Part shown: piece by piece, positions 61,601 through 64,000 of the stretch | Layout: every line of letters starts with the position of its first letter | How positions within the stretch are numbered: position 1 is the stretch's first letter | Assembly: GCA_964016885.1 (NCBI GenBank) | Contig: OZ024743.1 | Coordinates: 77,066,001-77,130,000 of the forward strand | Direction: 5' to 3' | Origin: Eledone cirrhosa | Lineage: Eukaryota | DNA: 64,000 nt | The notes under the pieces: model-generated | Databases searched by the model: none | What the model saw: only the letters and a program-made list of their open reading frames with translations | Told to the model about the DNA's origin: nothing | Made by a program: the position numbers and the translations under genes

Positions 61601-61866
61601 TGTGGGGTGGTGGTGTGGTGTGGTGTGATGTAGTGTAGTGTGGGGTGGTGGTGTGGTGTGGTGTGAGGTGTTGTGGTGTAGTGTAGTGTGGGATGGTGGT
61701 GTGGTGTGAGGTGTTGTGGTGTGGTGTAGTGTAGTGTGGTGTGGTGTGGTGTGGTGTGGTGTGTAGTGTGGTGTAGTGTAGTGTGGGGTGGGGTGGGGTG
61801 GTGTGGTGTGAGGTGTTGTGGTGTGGTGTGACCATGGTGGGTCGGTGTGGTGTGGTGTGGTGTGAC
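58697..61866. repeat. About 3.2-kb degenerate (GTGTG/GTGTA)n pentanucleotide satellite
   Basis: gtgtg/gtgta pentamers punctuated by recurrent gtgtgaccatggtgg. This is the source of the His/Thr/Pro-rich pseudo-ORFs. Confidence 0.97.
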
Positions 61867-61944
61867 CAGGTTTTTTTCTTCTCTCGCTTTGATAATATAT
61901 ATTTCTGTGCATAACATTTACAAGGTTCCTAGCAATTATTAATT

Positions 61945-62752
61945 GTATATATTATATGTCTATATTATATATGTCTATATTATATATATATATTACATAT
62001 CTATATTATTTATATTATACAGTATATGTCTATATTATATATATATATTATATGTCTATATTATTTATATTATACAGTATATATCTATATTATATATGTA
62101 TGTATTATATATATTATATATGTCTATATTATATATGTCTGTATTATATGTCTATATTATAATATATATTGTCTATATTATATATATTTTATATGTCTGT
62201 ATTATATATGTCTATATTATATATGTCTATATTATATATGTCTGTATTATATATATCATATATGTCTATATTATATATATTATATATGTCTATATTATAT
62301 ATATTATATATGTCTATATTATATATATTATATATGTCTATATTATATATATTGTATATGTCTGTATTATATATATTATATATGTCTATATTATATATAT
62401 TACATATGTCTATATTATATATATTATATATGTCCCTATTATATATATTATATATGTCTATATTCTCGCCGAGGTTAACTTTGCCTTTCATCCTTACGGG
62501 GTTGATAAAATAAAGTACCAGTAATGTAGTGGGTAATTTGCTGGCCTTGTGTCAATAGTAGAAACAATTATATATATATGTCTATATTATATATGTCTAT
62601 ATTATATATCTATATTATATGTCTCTATTATATATGTCTATATTATATATGTCTATATTATATATATATGTCTATATTATATATATTCTATATGTCTATA
62701 TTATATACATTATATATGTCTATATCATATATATTATATATGTCTATATTAT
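61945..62752. repeat. AT-rich (tatatgtctatat/tatatat)n satellite interrupted by a SINE 3' half at 62466-62570
   Basis: Read directly from the sequence. Confidence 0.93.
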
Positions 62753-64000
62753 CATTCTGTAAGAAGCATCATATATTGTGTATTTCTCACGGCATTTATA
62801 GTCTTTTTCCTCATACAACCAGATCTGCTCTTCATTACTCCCCCCCCCCCCCCAACACACATTTTGTTTCATTACTTAAGTTTGTTTTTATCTTTCATTT
62901 TCATACCTATGTAACTATCAATGGTTTCTAAGGCAACTTTGTGAGTTCAACCTCATATATTTTGGTATAATAATTCTGTAGCATCAAACATTGACATCAA
63001 TGAATTGAAGTTATAGAAATTTCTCAAGTAAATTTCATTCATTTCATAATCAAGAAGACAGAAGATTGCTTACTCTGTGTTAATACGAGTTAACTTCTCT
63101 TGTTTTTTTTTAGAAGAATATTTTAAGAGACTGTTGAATTAAAAGTCCATCACTTAGGAGAGTAGTTATTCCCCTTGGTTCTCTTTGTTTATTAGATGTC
63201 ACTACTGTCAATGACATCACGATTATTTGCCACGGGTCGACCGAACCTATTTTGACACTCATTATTATTAACACATAAACACACACTTATATACAACTAA
63301 ACATACCTAGTCATACACACACACACACACTTAGACGACGTTGCAGTCTTTGTTTTTTTTTTTCATTTCATGTTGGCCAGATACTTGATTATTTTGGAAG
63401 TGGAATAAAACATCTTGCGCAATCATCGAGGATACAGAAGATAAACGACACAGAGAGTATACAAGCCTGGATTTCCCGTAGTTTTACTCTTTTGGAAGCG
63501 AGAGTAAGTAACTATTCGATCTTTAGGTAGCCATATTGGATGTGTTGTAGTATAGGAGGAGATTGGAGCATTTCTTCACTGAGCGACCGCTTAGTGGAGC
63601 ACAAATAATCTATCAGGGACGTTCATTAGTAATACTGCTGTATACTTTATTAGATCACATCAACTGAAAAGGTTGGTGCCAGCTTTCAGAATTATTCCTC
63701 TATATGGTTGATTTATTAATCTGCCACCTGTCTGTTTGTCTCTTACCGTCCCATTCAGTGTAGAATTATTTCTATGCATGTATTTTATACGTCTCTTATG
63801 TGTATACACCCATCTATATTTTCATTGAAACACACAATCTTTGTAGTGTTATGAAAAAATATCCAAAATATATCAAGACTACATTTTGTTTGTGAAATAC
63901 CTTCAATTAATTTAGTGTAGATGGTTTTTTTTCTCACAGATTTGTGTTATCGCCCCTCATGTGTATATCATCGAAGTCATCGATATTAAACCTCTGATTC

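Noticed and set aside
58653-61917. His/Thr/Pro-rich proteins (up to 501 aa), e.g. histidine-rich beak-like proteins
   Set aside because: All three minus-strand frames are open because a (CACAC/CACTA)n pentamer rarely makes stops. There is no signal peptide or frame preference.
61943-62931. Tyr/Ile-rich membrane-like ORFs
   Set aside because: These are translations of an AT-rich satellite.

Overview
This is AT-rich, intron- and repeat-rich animal nuclear DNA, not prokaryotic. The SINE/LINE repertoire suggests a coleoid cephalopod, probably an octopod (inference from memory of these repeat families). Two complete spliced genes lie on the + strand, both with all-GT-AG introns and consistent phases. 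HSD17B10 (SDR5C1/MRPP2/scully) has 5 coding exons at 2883-13845, about 260 aa. TRIP13/PCH2 (AAA+ ATPase) has 11 coding exons at 30335-50841, about 429 aa, with a textbook CDE/E2F-CHR element about 300 bp upstream of its ATG. The rest is mobile DNA and tandem repeats: a 5'-complete but 3'-truncated Tx1/L1-clade LINE, CR1 and RTE LINE pieces, a CRE-clade relic, an internally deleted Helitron with both ends, mariner- and piggyBac-like MITEs, at least three tRNA-derived SINE families, and about 14 kb of mini/microsatellite. I found no convincing new protein-coding system. The most unusual patterns are: (1) tandem arrays seeded from SINE parts, notably about 135 copies of a Pol III A-box unit abutting a SINE B-box; (2) recurrent fold-back inverted duplications and inverted TE pairs next to exons (candidate dsRNA/ADAR substrates); (3) intronic copies of the TRIP13 Walker-B exon end with its splice donor; (4) apparent (TA)n targeting by RTE-tailed retroposons. 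All calls were made by eye. Exon coordinates were counted base by base; repeat boundaries are approximate.
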